DNA of 64,000 nt from Torpedo marmorata (Eukaryota). Location: positions 275,156,001 to 275,220,000 of the forward strand of contig OZ360219.1 of the NCBI GenBank assembly GCA_977017645.1. Direction: 5' to 3'. The position numbers were made by a program, and so were the translations under genes. Below the pieces are notes generated by a model, which saw nothing but the letters and a program-made list of their open reading frames with translations, did not search any database and was not told the DNA's origin. Shown here piece after piece: positions 47,983-58,765 of this stretch. Position 1 is the first letter of the stretch. Each line of letters opens with the position of its first letter.

Positions 47983-50900
47983 GTGAGTGAGAACTGAATT
48001 AAAAACATTCAGCTTACCCGTAAATACACTAAAAAAAATTCTTAATATTCCCTGCTGAAATGGGGGGGCCTTATATGCCCGTGGGTCTTATATGCCATCA
48101 AATACGGTAATTGATGAGATTACCTGTTACATTTTGAACAAGTTCTCTTTCCTCTACCCATTCCAGTCACCATTTGTGCACTGCTGAAATGTATAAATGC
48201 TGTTTTAGCACAGATCCAATGTTGTAATCAGAAATTCATCTATGTTGCATGAAAATATGGCATTGTTGTGTGGGGTTTTAATGCATAATGTGAGTGTCAA
48301 ATTTCAAAAAGCATTCAACTTGAGTGTTCTCGTATATTTGTAGTTATTCTTTTTGCATATAGTTTGGCATCTCAATGCCACCTCAGAAATGAATGTGACT
48401 TGGATTGCTACAGTTATGAGAACAAATCTCTCATCCATCATTTTATTGAAGTAATCACTTTTAAACTGTGGTTGAACATATAGCTGTTGTTGGTGATGTA
48501 TAAAATGAGTACGATTTGAAATGTGATTTTTTTTTGGAATTTAAATTGAGCTCAAATTATCTGTCAAACTCCAGTTATTTTCCAAATATAAACCTTTTGC
48601 AGAAATACTAAGAAAGCAACAAATCAGTTGCCTTCACATGTGGGTGTGTAAAAATGTATTTCTTAGACAACATTATTTAAGATATTCTGAAATAAATATG
48701 ATGAAGTTGGATTGTGTATTTTACATGAAGAAAGAGTCACAACCTTTTTGAAGTGGACATCATAATATTTAATAGTTAGGAGGGAAGTTGTACAAATTGA
48801 ATATGCATATTTCAAGAATATTTACCAGATAATTCTGAAAAATTATCTACGAACACAAAATTAAGTACAAATATTTACTTCTCTCCACATCAATACATGA
48901 ATACATATGTAAAAAATATTCTTCAGAAAAGACAGATAATTCATTGCATAAAATAGTTCAATTTGCATTTTAACTTCCGTTATCAAATTACTGAAAAAAA
49001 TCAATATTTAAAAAGGACTGCCCTGAAATAATTATAACACTACCATCAGACAATTTTCCTTTTCTTAATATTTTCTTGTGCGTGAATATTAATGTAGAAA
49101 TAATTTTCATATGCATGTAGTGAATATCCAATATGATTTAAAATCTTAATTTAATTCAATATGGATTTTTTTCTGCGCTACCCTGCACAAGATATGATAA
49201 ATTTAAAGCTGGTCTACTTTTCCAAGGGGTAGTAATTACAAAAAGACAGGAAATTATCCCCTTCGCTATTTATTTAAAGTTTATCGTATATCCTCCATGT
49301 TGCCAGAACCTCTCCTTCCTCTCTTTCAGAGCCAGTTTTATTGTTTGTGATGGTTCAGTACATGAACATTTCATATGCCCCAAAGAAATGAAAGCTAATG
49401 AAAACTAAATCTGAGCTGATGTGGCATAAGCAGCACTCTGGGGATAGGTGCGCGGGGGGAGGTGGGGGGGCAGGGGGGGCAGGGGGGATGGTGTGGAGCA
49501 GAATCAGGGCCAGTCAGACTTAAGTTATTCAACAAAAACTCCGTCTTTAAATCTCTTTCCACAACACTGATCACGATTGTGTCAACTGTATTTTGCCAAA
49601 GCAAATTTAATTTTACTGAAATGAATTGTAAAGCTCAACGCCTGTCAATTCTAAATACTTTTAAGAATCATCTTAAAATGGATTATTTGCAAAGTAATAG
49701 AGTAGTATCACGTTACAAAACAAAAACCGATAACACGCTGGTTCCTACCTTGATATGACATGAATCAGTTATGATACTTATACCATGTCTCTTAAGATGC
49801 ATTAACAATATATTAGCCTCCCTCCCCACTGTATGCAATGGTTGCAAACAAACCACAATAACATTGAGAAAATTTCAAAGTAACTAAAGTATAATGCTCC
49901 CTGTTCTTTTTCTAAACCAGCACCCAGCATCTTTTACCTCCAAGCTTCATGCTCTCCAGTTTGAAATCTTGACCCAATTACCCCGATGCAGGCAACTACC
50001 ACATTGCGGCTGTTTTATTGCGAATATTCGTCCTATCAGAATTCACAAATCATGACCCAAAGATTTCAGATGTACAATAAAATTAGCTCTCACACAATTT
50101 GTCGGGTAAAAAAAATTAATAAATTAACACTAAATATCTTTTTCAACTCTTGTCTCTTGACGTATGTGCAGATGATGTAGCATCGTGTAATGGAAAATTG
50201 CGATACAGACCATTATCTAGGAATGCAACTCCATCTCCCCACTCCCCCCCCCCACCAGTAATGCGGGGGTCACTTGCACTTCAAAACTATAGAACAGGCT
50301 ACCTCCATCAGTCCTTCTTTTCTCCTACAATTCTTAAGCTTCCATTACTCAAAGCCTGCATCTTATCTCTTTTATTTGTTTCTTAATTCATATATTCTGA
50401 ACTCTTCCTACTTTGCTTGCCTTGGGTTCAATAACTTAAATGAAAAGTAATATCTTTATGGTCCATAAAGAACAGTGAAGAAGTTTTAGACTTGTCTCCA
50501 TTTTGATTTATCTCCACTCAGATATTATAAAATCCTATCTTGGTGCCTAAAACAATTATTTTAAAATAAGAGGCTCTGATTTACATATTTTGCAAAACTT
50601 ATGTACAAGTGTTTTTTGAACTATTTTACTCTAAAGACTATAAAAGAATAGTTGATTGACTTTTATTCTTTAGAACATGGTGGTACATTTGTAAGCACAC
50701 TGCTTGTTACCTTTTTCCCTTGACCTATCCATTAAGTTATTCTAATATGCCTAAGTATTGAGAGTCCTCAGGAAGCCCCTAAACATTTACCATTCATAAA
50801 GTTGTGGGTGTGAGCCTCACTTCTGGATGTGAGCACATACAGGTTTGGTTGGTTCTTCAGTGCTGTATTAGAGGTGTCATAAAGTATTGTAGGTTGGTGC

Positions 50901-51825
50901 TGCAACTAATCCATTTAAACAAGACCCATTACGTTTAGCAGTAATCCAGTGACACACTTCTCTGTCTTTGCTTGAGTCCTATGCTCTTTGTTTCCTCTGC
51001 CCATTTTTTTTATATATTGAAGTTCAAAATGCACTATTCACTACCCATTAAAAGTAGACATTAAGAACCCAAACTTTGCATTAGCTAGAACTTCTTTCTC
51101 CTCCCCACTCCCCACCCCTGTTTCTTATTCTTTATAGTCTTTTTTAACCTAGGACTTCAATTATTTATTAAGGCTGTTTGCAGAAACTCTGACCCATGCT
51201 TATTGACACTTCCAGACTGAACAGCTCCATCCCTCACCAACCAGAAAACCAACTCCTGATTTCCAGCTTGCCTATCATTTCTGTGCTCCATGTCTATAGC
51301 CTTCATGCTCTGATACCTTCATGGTCTTGTCCTTCTTTCCTTCTAACCTCCTCCAATCCAAATTTATGAAAGCTACATGATTTCCCCATAATTTTACATT
51401 GTCCATTCCCTTTGGGCATCATTGTTGGTTGGATTTTAGTCATCCAAATCCTATGTGCTGGAAATGCTGTCTCTTTTGTTTCTTTCACTTCACAGTCCTT
51501 CTCCTTGGACTCTTATGAATACATGGGGGTTCGATTTCCAGTTTTTATAATTAATCTTATCTGAAGAACCCTGTGTTGAAAAGTTCTTTATAATTGCAAC
51601 TTTTTGTTGACAAGGTCCATGGACTTCATTATTATCGGCCAGCTGTAGTGGAAGCATGAAATACGTAATTTTGAGAAGAAAAGAAATAGAAATAGTTCGG
51701 TTTGGGATATTGAGAATGCATAAGTGATTCTTGTGGCTAAGACCTAATCAAAATCATGAGTGTTTATCACTACATGTCAGACCTGAAGACTAACCATGGA
51801 TAAGCAGATGATGAGTCATAAGACT

Positions 51826-52158
51826 AGAACATAGAACATTATAGCACAGTAAAGGCCATTCGGCCCTCGATGTCGTGCCAACTTACATATTCCTACCAAA
51901 AAAAAACTAAACCCTCCCTACCCCGTAACCCTCTATTTTCCTTTCATCCATGTGCCTAGAGTCTCCTAAATGCGCCGAATGTTTCAACCTCCAACACCAC
52001 CCCTAGCAAGACATTCCAGGCACCCACCACTCTCTGTGTAAAAAAAATTACCCCTGATGTCTCCACTAAACTTTACTCCCTTAACTTTGTAAACATATGT
52101 CTTCTGGTGTTTGCTATTCCTGCCCTGGGAAAAAGGCGCTGGCTGTCCACCCTATCTA
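51826..52158 (-). mobile_element. CR1 LINE 3' end
   Basis: Reverse complement of the family at 13405-13678 and 17783-17872; (TAGAACA)n tail. Confidence 0.75.
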
Positions 52159-52369
52159 ATGCAGCCTTAAAATTCTTAATCAAAGTCTGTCACAGTCACT
52201 GAAATATTGACATCGTTTTGGCTTCAGACTTTCTCACAAAATATTATTGTACAGATTGATACTTGCCATTAGTATCACCATAAAATTTTGCCCAAGGCAC
52301 TTGAGGAAAGAACTCAAATTGAATTGTTTCAACTTGGGGTGCACTGAAATATCTTATACCAATTAATTA

Positions 52370-52692
52370 CCTTAGTTACCCAGCAGCCAGTTTGTGCACA
52401 TCAAGGTGCCACAAATATCAAGAAGATAAACAACGAGCTGTCACAACTGATGAAGATATGTCATCTAGTTTGGTAGGAGAACGTCTCTGCTCTTCAAGTT
52501 GTGCTGCCGTATCTTTGCATCCAGCTGCGAGGGAAATAGAGGGACCTAACTCTGTCCTGTGGAAAAGATGACTCCAGCAGTGCATAGCTCACACACTGGA
52601 ATGCCAGTACAGATTAAGTGTTCAAATCCTGGTGTGGAACCTGAAACCATGGGCTTCTGACTGACAGGCAAGAGTGCCACCACTAAGCTGAG
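52370..52692 (-). mobile_element. Old tRNA-derived Deu-domain-like SINE
   Basis: Recalled similarity to chondrichthyan DeuSINE/SacSINE1; tRNA-like head at the right end; diverged. Confidence 0.4.
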
Positions 52693-53291
52693 TCTAATAT
52701 CCTGTACCATTCGTTGTATTTATTCCATTTTGGCCACTGGATTTTTGATTTTGCTGCAGTCAGTCAGTGTAAAAGACATTTTGTTATACAGTGCCATGAT
52801 TTGGTGAATGCCTGCTGCAATTAGTCCGGTATCTTACTCTGAACTGACTGTTCCACAATTCAAACAGGCTAAAATACCTAAAGATAAGGAGAGACAGACA
52901 CGTGAATCAAAACTTCCTGCATTTATAATTGCTCAGAATATCCTAAGACACATCAGAGCTCCTGCATGCAGGACGTTTGAAATGCATTAATGCATGGATC
53001 ACAACAACCAAGGTCTCCAAACCACTGAGGTAAAATACTAGTGGTATGGGTAACAGCTTGATATTGGTAAGGACACTGGAATACATCCCTACTCCCCTCT
53101 GAATATTTCCACTAAACATTGTATCTGTTTAATTTAATACCTCATCTAAAAGTAACACCTCTAAAACTGCAGAGCCCCGTAATATTGTACTCAAATAACA
53201 ACAAGGCTCTGTGGCAGAAATTGTTACCTTTATGATTCAGAGAAAACCAGGCAATTAAGGAGCTGACAGTCTGTTGGCATAGATATAGTGT

Positions 53292-53845
53292 GGTAAGACC
53301 ATAAGACATAATAGTGGAAATAATCCATTTGGCCCATCGAGTCCACCTCACCATGGCTGATTTACTATTGTTTTCAACCCCATTTTCCTGCCTCTTCCCT
53401 GTAACCCTTGATTCCCTGACTAATCCATAACCTATCGGTCTTAAATATACCCAATGACTTGGCCTTAACAGCTGTCTGTGGCAACAAATTCCATAGATTC
53501 ACCATCCTCTCGGTCAGGGGTGGCCGCCCGATTAACCAACACCCCCGGTACGTACTCATGGGCCGAAATGGCCTGTTACCGTGCTGCATGTCTAAATTAA
53601 AAATTAAAAGGTTGGCCACCCCTGCTCTAGGTAAAGAAATTGCTCCTTATCTCTGCTCTACAGGGACGTTGTTGTATTCTGACGTTGTGCGCTCTGGTAC
53701 CAGCCTCCCACAGGATCGAAAGCATCCTCTCCACATCGACTCTGTTCAGGCCTTTCAGAATTCAATGGATATCAATGTTCACCCCCACCCATCCAAACTC
53801 CAGCAAGTATAGTCCCAGAGAAATCTAACACTCTTCGTATGTTAT
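53292..53845 (-). mobile_element. CR1 LINE 3' fragment interrupted by a MITE
   Basis: RMVNLWNLLPQTAV.AKSLGIFK is the CR1 ORF2 end. Confidence 0.75.
53515..53624. mobile_element. 110-bp hAT MITE with V-SINE-derived interior
   Basis: TIR CAGGGGTGGCC / GGCCACCCCTG; 8-bp TSD CTCTCGGT (53507-53514) / CTCTAGGT (53625-53632). Confidence 0.85.
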
Positions 53846-53987
53846 GATAAGCAGTCTGAAAAATGTTGTGCTCTTTTTCTCAAAGTACTGCAGCAAGAAA
53901 TAGAAAGTAAATTAATGCCTAACACAAAAAAGATTATTTTTCTACAAGAAGCCATGAGGATGTAGCAGGAGTACTTGCTCTGCTTTT

Positions 53988-54971
53988 CTGATTCAGATTT
54001 TCAGATTTCAGATTTATTGTCAGAGTACATACATGACGTCACATACAACCCTGAGATTCTTTTTCTTGCGGGTGCAGCAGAATTACCACTAATTGGTAGT
54101 GCAAAAAGTAAACTGTTCACAGCGAAAACATGTAAACAATCAAAAGAACTGCTAATAGGTAACGAATGAAACTGAAAATGAAACTGACTGCAATACAGAG
54201 AGAGCAAAGAAAAATCAATAAAGTGCATGAGTAAGAGTCCTTAAATGAGTCTCTGATTTGACTTTGTTGAGGATTCTGATGGTAGAGGGGTAGCAGCTGT
54301 TCCTAAACCTGGTGGTCCGAGTCTTGTGGCACCTATACCTCTCTCCTGATGGCAGCAGCGAGAACAGAGCGTGCGCTGGGTGGTGTGGGTCTTTGATGAT
54401 TGCTGCTGCCCACCTACGGCAGCATTCCCTGTAGATGTACTCAATAGTGGGGAGGGTTTTGCCAGTAATGTCCTGGGCTGTATCCACTACCTTTTGGAGG
54501 GCTTTACGCTCAGGGGTATTGGTGTTCTCACACCAGACCTTGATGCAGCCGGTCAGCATACTTTCCACCACACATCTGTAGAAATTTGCCAGGGTTTCTG
54601 GTGACATACCAAACCTCTGCAAGCTCCTGAGGAAGTAGAGGTGTGTTGGGTCCAGGAAAGATCCTCCGAGATAGTGACTTCCAAGAACCTAAATTTGCTC
54701 ACCCTCTCCACCTCTGATCCCCCAATGATCACTGGATTGTATACCTCTGGCTTTCCTTTCCTGAAGTCAACAATCAGCTCCTTAGTTTTGGTGACATTGA
54801 GTGCAAGGTTGTTTTTGGTGCACCATTCAGCCAGGTTTTCAATCTCTATCCTGTATGCTGACTCATCCCCTTCCTTCATACAACCCACTACCGTGGTATC
54901 GTCGGCAAATTTGTAGATGGTGTTATTGTCATACGGAGCTACACAGTCGTAGGTGTAAAGTGAGTAGAGCA
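53988..54971 (-). mobile_element. Rex1-like LINE 3' fragment
   Basis: KFADDT region, NNLALNVTKTKELIVDF, HHPAHALFSLLPSG; TCTGAAA-type tail. Confidence 0.88.
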
Positions 54972-55299
54972 GTTGCTGTGAGATCTCACCTGTGATGGTA
55001 CTTAACTTTCACAAATCGTGGTTCACCAGCAATAACTTGCATGTATGGAGAATCCTTAATGTGGTAAAATATTTCAAGGTGCTTCACCATAGCAATTCAC
55101 AAACCACCACCACTGCCACTTCTTTTGCTGAGAAAGAATATTGAATTATTAAGTAGGACAAATCAGCTTGAAGCAAAGAGACATTGCTTTCACATAGAAA
55201 GAGGGATTGAGTTTCAAACGAGAACTTAAATATCATTCATTGCATTTTGCAGACTTTTTCAAGTGGCTGCTGCAATACAATATCCACTGTATCTCTGCC

Positions 55300-55833
55300 A
55301 GTTGTGTCACCCATTTCAATTCCCCTGCTGACTTGTCTGTCCGTGGTTTCATGCACCACCAGACTGAGACCACCCGCAAATTGGAGAAACAACACCTCAT
55401 CTTCTGTCTGGGCACCCTCCAAACCCCTCCCCCCTCCACTTTCTTCTTCCCNNNNNNNNNNNNNNNNNNNNNNNNNNNNNNNNNNNNNNNNNNNNNNNNN
55501 NNNNNNNNNNNNNNNNNNNNNNNNNNNNNNNNNNNNNNNNNNNNNNNNNNNNNNNNNNNNNNNNNNNNNNNNNNNNNNNNNNNNNNNNNNNNNNNNNNNN
55601 NNNNNNNNNNNNNNNNNNNNNNNNNNNNNNNNNNNNNNNNNNNNNAATTAACCTTTTGTTGTTCTGGACTCCTCTCCCGGCCAGTCTTCAGTCTTTATTC
55701 TTTCGCCTTCCTGTTCTTTGCTTATTCCTGAAGAAGAGCTCAGGCCCGATACATTGGTAATATGGTACATCTTTACATCCTACAGACGCTGCAAGACCGG
55801 CTGAGTTCCTCCAGTATTTCTCTGTGTTTTTAC
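55300..55833 (+). mobile_element. Penelope-like relic spanning an assembly gap
   Basis: THFNS...RKLEKQHLIFCLGTLQ (GIY-YIG C-terminus) and terminal CCTGAAGAAGAGCTCAGGCCCG motif. Confidence 0.75.
55452..55645. other. Assembly gap (N run)
   Basis: Run of N bases. Confidence 0.99.
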
Positions 55834-57304
55834 TCAGATCTGTAGTGGTCCATTTTTCTGTGAATCAGAAGAGTAAGAATTTCAGCCAGAACTTAGAGCC
55901 TGAAGTACACTATTTGGCCTAACGTTTGGGCTCAGTATGGAGAGGATGTTGCACTGTCATTGCAGTAAAGTACAGTGAGTGGCTAGATTGTCTGGATGAG
56001 CAGCTGATAACTTTAACATCAATATAATTTGGCAGATAATTATTTTAAACACAACTCCTATTCATTAGATTTTATAACTTTGTGCAATGGAAAGTTTTGT
56101 CACTTTCGTAATTTCTCCACTTTCCAGTTAAAAAAGAATAAAAGCATTGAATCATAGTTTTTTTTATTCAGTGTTCTCTTGCAATCCTGAATGAAGATAT
56201 GTGGATTCAGTACCACAGGAGTATATTAACACACTAATAACTTCTTTCAGAGAAGTACAGAGATGTGTAAAACAGCAGTTGTTTCCCGCAATTATAAGTT
56301 TTTAATGATTTCAAGGTTATTTTTGCAAAAATAAACATAGTATTAATGCAGCCAGAAGGAAAGTACTTTTGGAAGGTTTTTCGCATTGTCTTGTTTTCCT
56401 TTTCATGTCTATCTCTGGTTGTACAGTCTGTAACTCCGCAGACTTCTTGTTATGTGTATACTTTCGGCAGAAATGTGAAAAAACATGAACACCCTGCTGG
56501 GTGGAAGCATTAGTTTTACATTATTCTTCCTGACAAATGATCAAGCTTTGGCTGCCGCATCATATCTGAGGCATCTGATATAATTATGAGCGTATCCATT
56601 AATTGATGGAAATTTACTGGCTTTCGCAAAACACTGTTTTCTTGCCAGACATTTCCATTGCAGTTGTATACATTTCAAAACTATTAAGGTTGCAAATAAC
56701 GGAACTCCAGTACTTGATTAAATAGTGAATACTTTGTCATGCACCTAAGAATGAAGTTGTAACCTGGCCATAATTGTTGGATTGTTTTATTTATTCTTTT
56801 TATTTCATTTCCCAAGTGGTTTTCTTTGACTTTTGCCACTTCTGGAAAAAAATTATTGCTTCTCTTCATTTTTGTAAACTGTGGGTGTGTGCCGTGTGTG
56901 TGGCGGTCTTGTTCGCATGTGAAGCAAGCTTGCCGTCGATGAGGCTGTTCTGTGTTTTACTGAGGCATTAGTGCAGTTTCAAACTAGGTAGGTTATGTGC
57001 TATTCTTAAGAATACTTTGTGGCTTATCTTGTAACTTTTCACCAGTTCAATTACAGCAATAAAATTGTTCACGTTTCCCTCAGGTTACCACGGTTACTGT
57101 TTGAGAAGTGGTGAGCTCTGTGATTGTCTTTACTGTATTATTTTCACTGTTGTTTTTTTTTCTGTTACTTCAGTTGTCTATCTTCAGTTTTGGCTGCAAA
57201 TATTCAATTTTATCTCATTGGTATTGTTATTAATCAGAACAAGTTCACCTTTAAAACTATCTTACAAAATTGAAGAGAAACTGGTTAATTACTCTTTATG
57301 GAGT

Positions 57305-58765
57305 GAAACATGAAAGTCTGCAGATGTTGTGATTGTAGTAAAAACAGTCTTGCTGCGTCCATAGGAGGTAAAGGTATATTACTGACGATTCGGGCCTGTG
57401 CACTTCTTCAGGGTATAAACGATGAACAGGAAAGCATCAGAATAAAGACTGAAGACTGGCAGGGAGAGGAGTCCAGACCAACAAAAGTCTTAATTGGATA
57501 TGATAAGAGGAGAGGTGAGAATTGATTTTGGCTCTGTCAAGGGAGACAAAGAGAAAAGGGAAGAGAGAGAGAGAGACAGAGCTGGGGGAAAAGCAACAGG
57601 GTGCACCTCAGGGCTGTGTGCTCAGGCCAGTCCTGCTCACGCTTCTGAACCACAACTGCATCGCCAAACCCAACTCCAACAGTGTCATCAAATTTGCAGG
57701 TGACACAGCAGTTGTTGGCCTCATCAGCAACAACGATGAATTGCACTACAGAGAAGAGGTGGAAAATCATTTGATATGGTGCGAGAGTAACAACCTGAGT
57801 CTCAACGTGGACAGGACGAAGGAGATGATTGTGGACTTCAGGAGGACCAGGAACGACCACCCTCCAAGAAACATCAACAACTCTGTAGTGGAGAGAGTGG
57901 AGAACACTGAGTTCCTTGGAGTTAACTTAAGTAGTGACCTATCGTGGACACTCAACATCTCCTCATTTGTCAGGAAGGCGCAACAGCGACTGTACTTCCT
58001 GAGAAGACTGAAGCGGGCAAGGTTAACGGTCACCATTATGTCAACCTTCTACAGGAGCTCTATCGAGAGCGTCCTGTACGGATGCTGCAGAGAAATGGAT
58101 CAGAGGTCAATCCACAGGACAATAAGAGTGGCAGAGAGGATCACTGGAGTCTCCCTTCCCTGCCCCATCGACATGATCTACTGGGATCGTTGTCTGAAGA
58201 GGGCGCGCAAAATCATTGAGGACCCCTTCCACCCCGCACGCAGCCTCTTCCAGCTACTTGCGTCGGGAAAGAGAATCAGAAATATCAGAGCCAGCACCAC
58301 CAGGCTGAGGAACAACTTCTTCCCACGGGCAGTGAGAATGCTGAACGACCAAAGGAACTGCTCACACTAAACATCCGAGACTCTCGTATTCATGAAACAA
58401 TATTTATTTATTTATTTGTAGTGATAAATACTTGTCCTGCATATGTATTGTTTGTCTGTAAGTGTGTTATGTCTGGTTGTGGGTCTGCGTGTTTTGCACC
58501 GACGACCAGAGAACGCTGTTTCCTTGGGTTATACCTGTGCAATCAGATAAACTTGACTTGACTTGAAGAAGGGGGGGGGGGGGTTTAACGGAAACCAGAG
58601 AGTTGATGTTAATGCCATCCGCTTGGAGGGTGCCCAGACAGAAGATGAGGTGTTGTTCCTCCAATTTGTGGGTGGTCTCAACCTGGCAGTGCATGAGAAC
58701 ACGGACAGACATGTCAGCAAGGGAATGGGACGGGGAATTGAAATGGGTAGCCACTATTGCAGCGG
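57305..58765 (-). mobile_element. Penelope-like relic split by a Rex1-like LINE insertion
   Basis: Terminal part at 57305-57590; GIY-YIG C-terminal part (ATHFNSPSHS...LEEQHLIFCLGTLQADGIN) at 58567-58765. Confidence 0.75.
57593..58566 (+). mobile_element. Rex1-like LINE 3' fragment (third subfamily)
   Basis: [53 protein letters not shown]; (ACTTG)n tail. Confidence 0.9.

Larger units (their letters stand above)
47403..48107. mobile_element. Non-autonomous pogo-type transposon carrying host cargo (Pack-TIR)
   Basis: 27-bp TIRs CCGTATTTGA(C/T)GGCATATAAGACCCAC, TA TSD (47401-47402, 48108-48109), subterminal GG(T/C)CTTATATGC repeats, and a GC/CpG-rich interior in an AT-rich context. Confidence 0.92.

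Noticed and set aside
47519-47986. 155-aa ORF as a real gene, or the genuine DONSON locus
   Set aside because: It is enclosed by transposon TIRs, the DONSON motifs are split across frames, and no further DONSON exons are visible downstream.
57522-58370. 282-aa ORF as a host gene
   Set aside because: It is a 5'-truncated Rex1-like RT with a mutated catalytic motif (FAGD), with the N-terminus read from flanking Penelope sequence.
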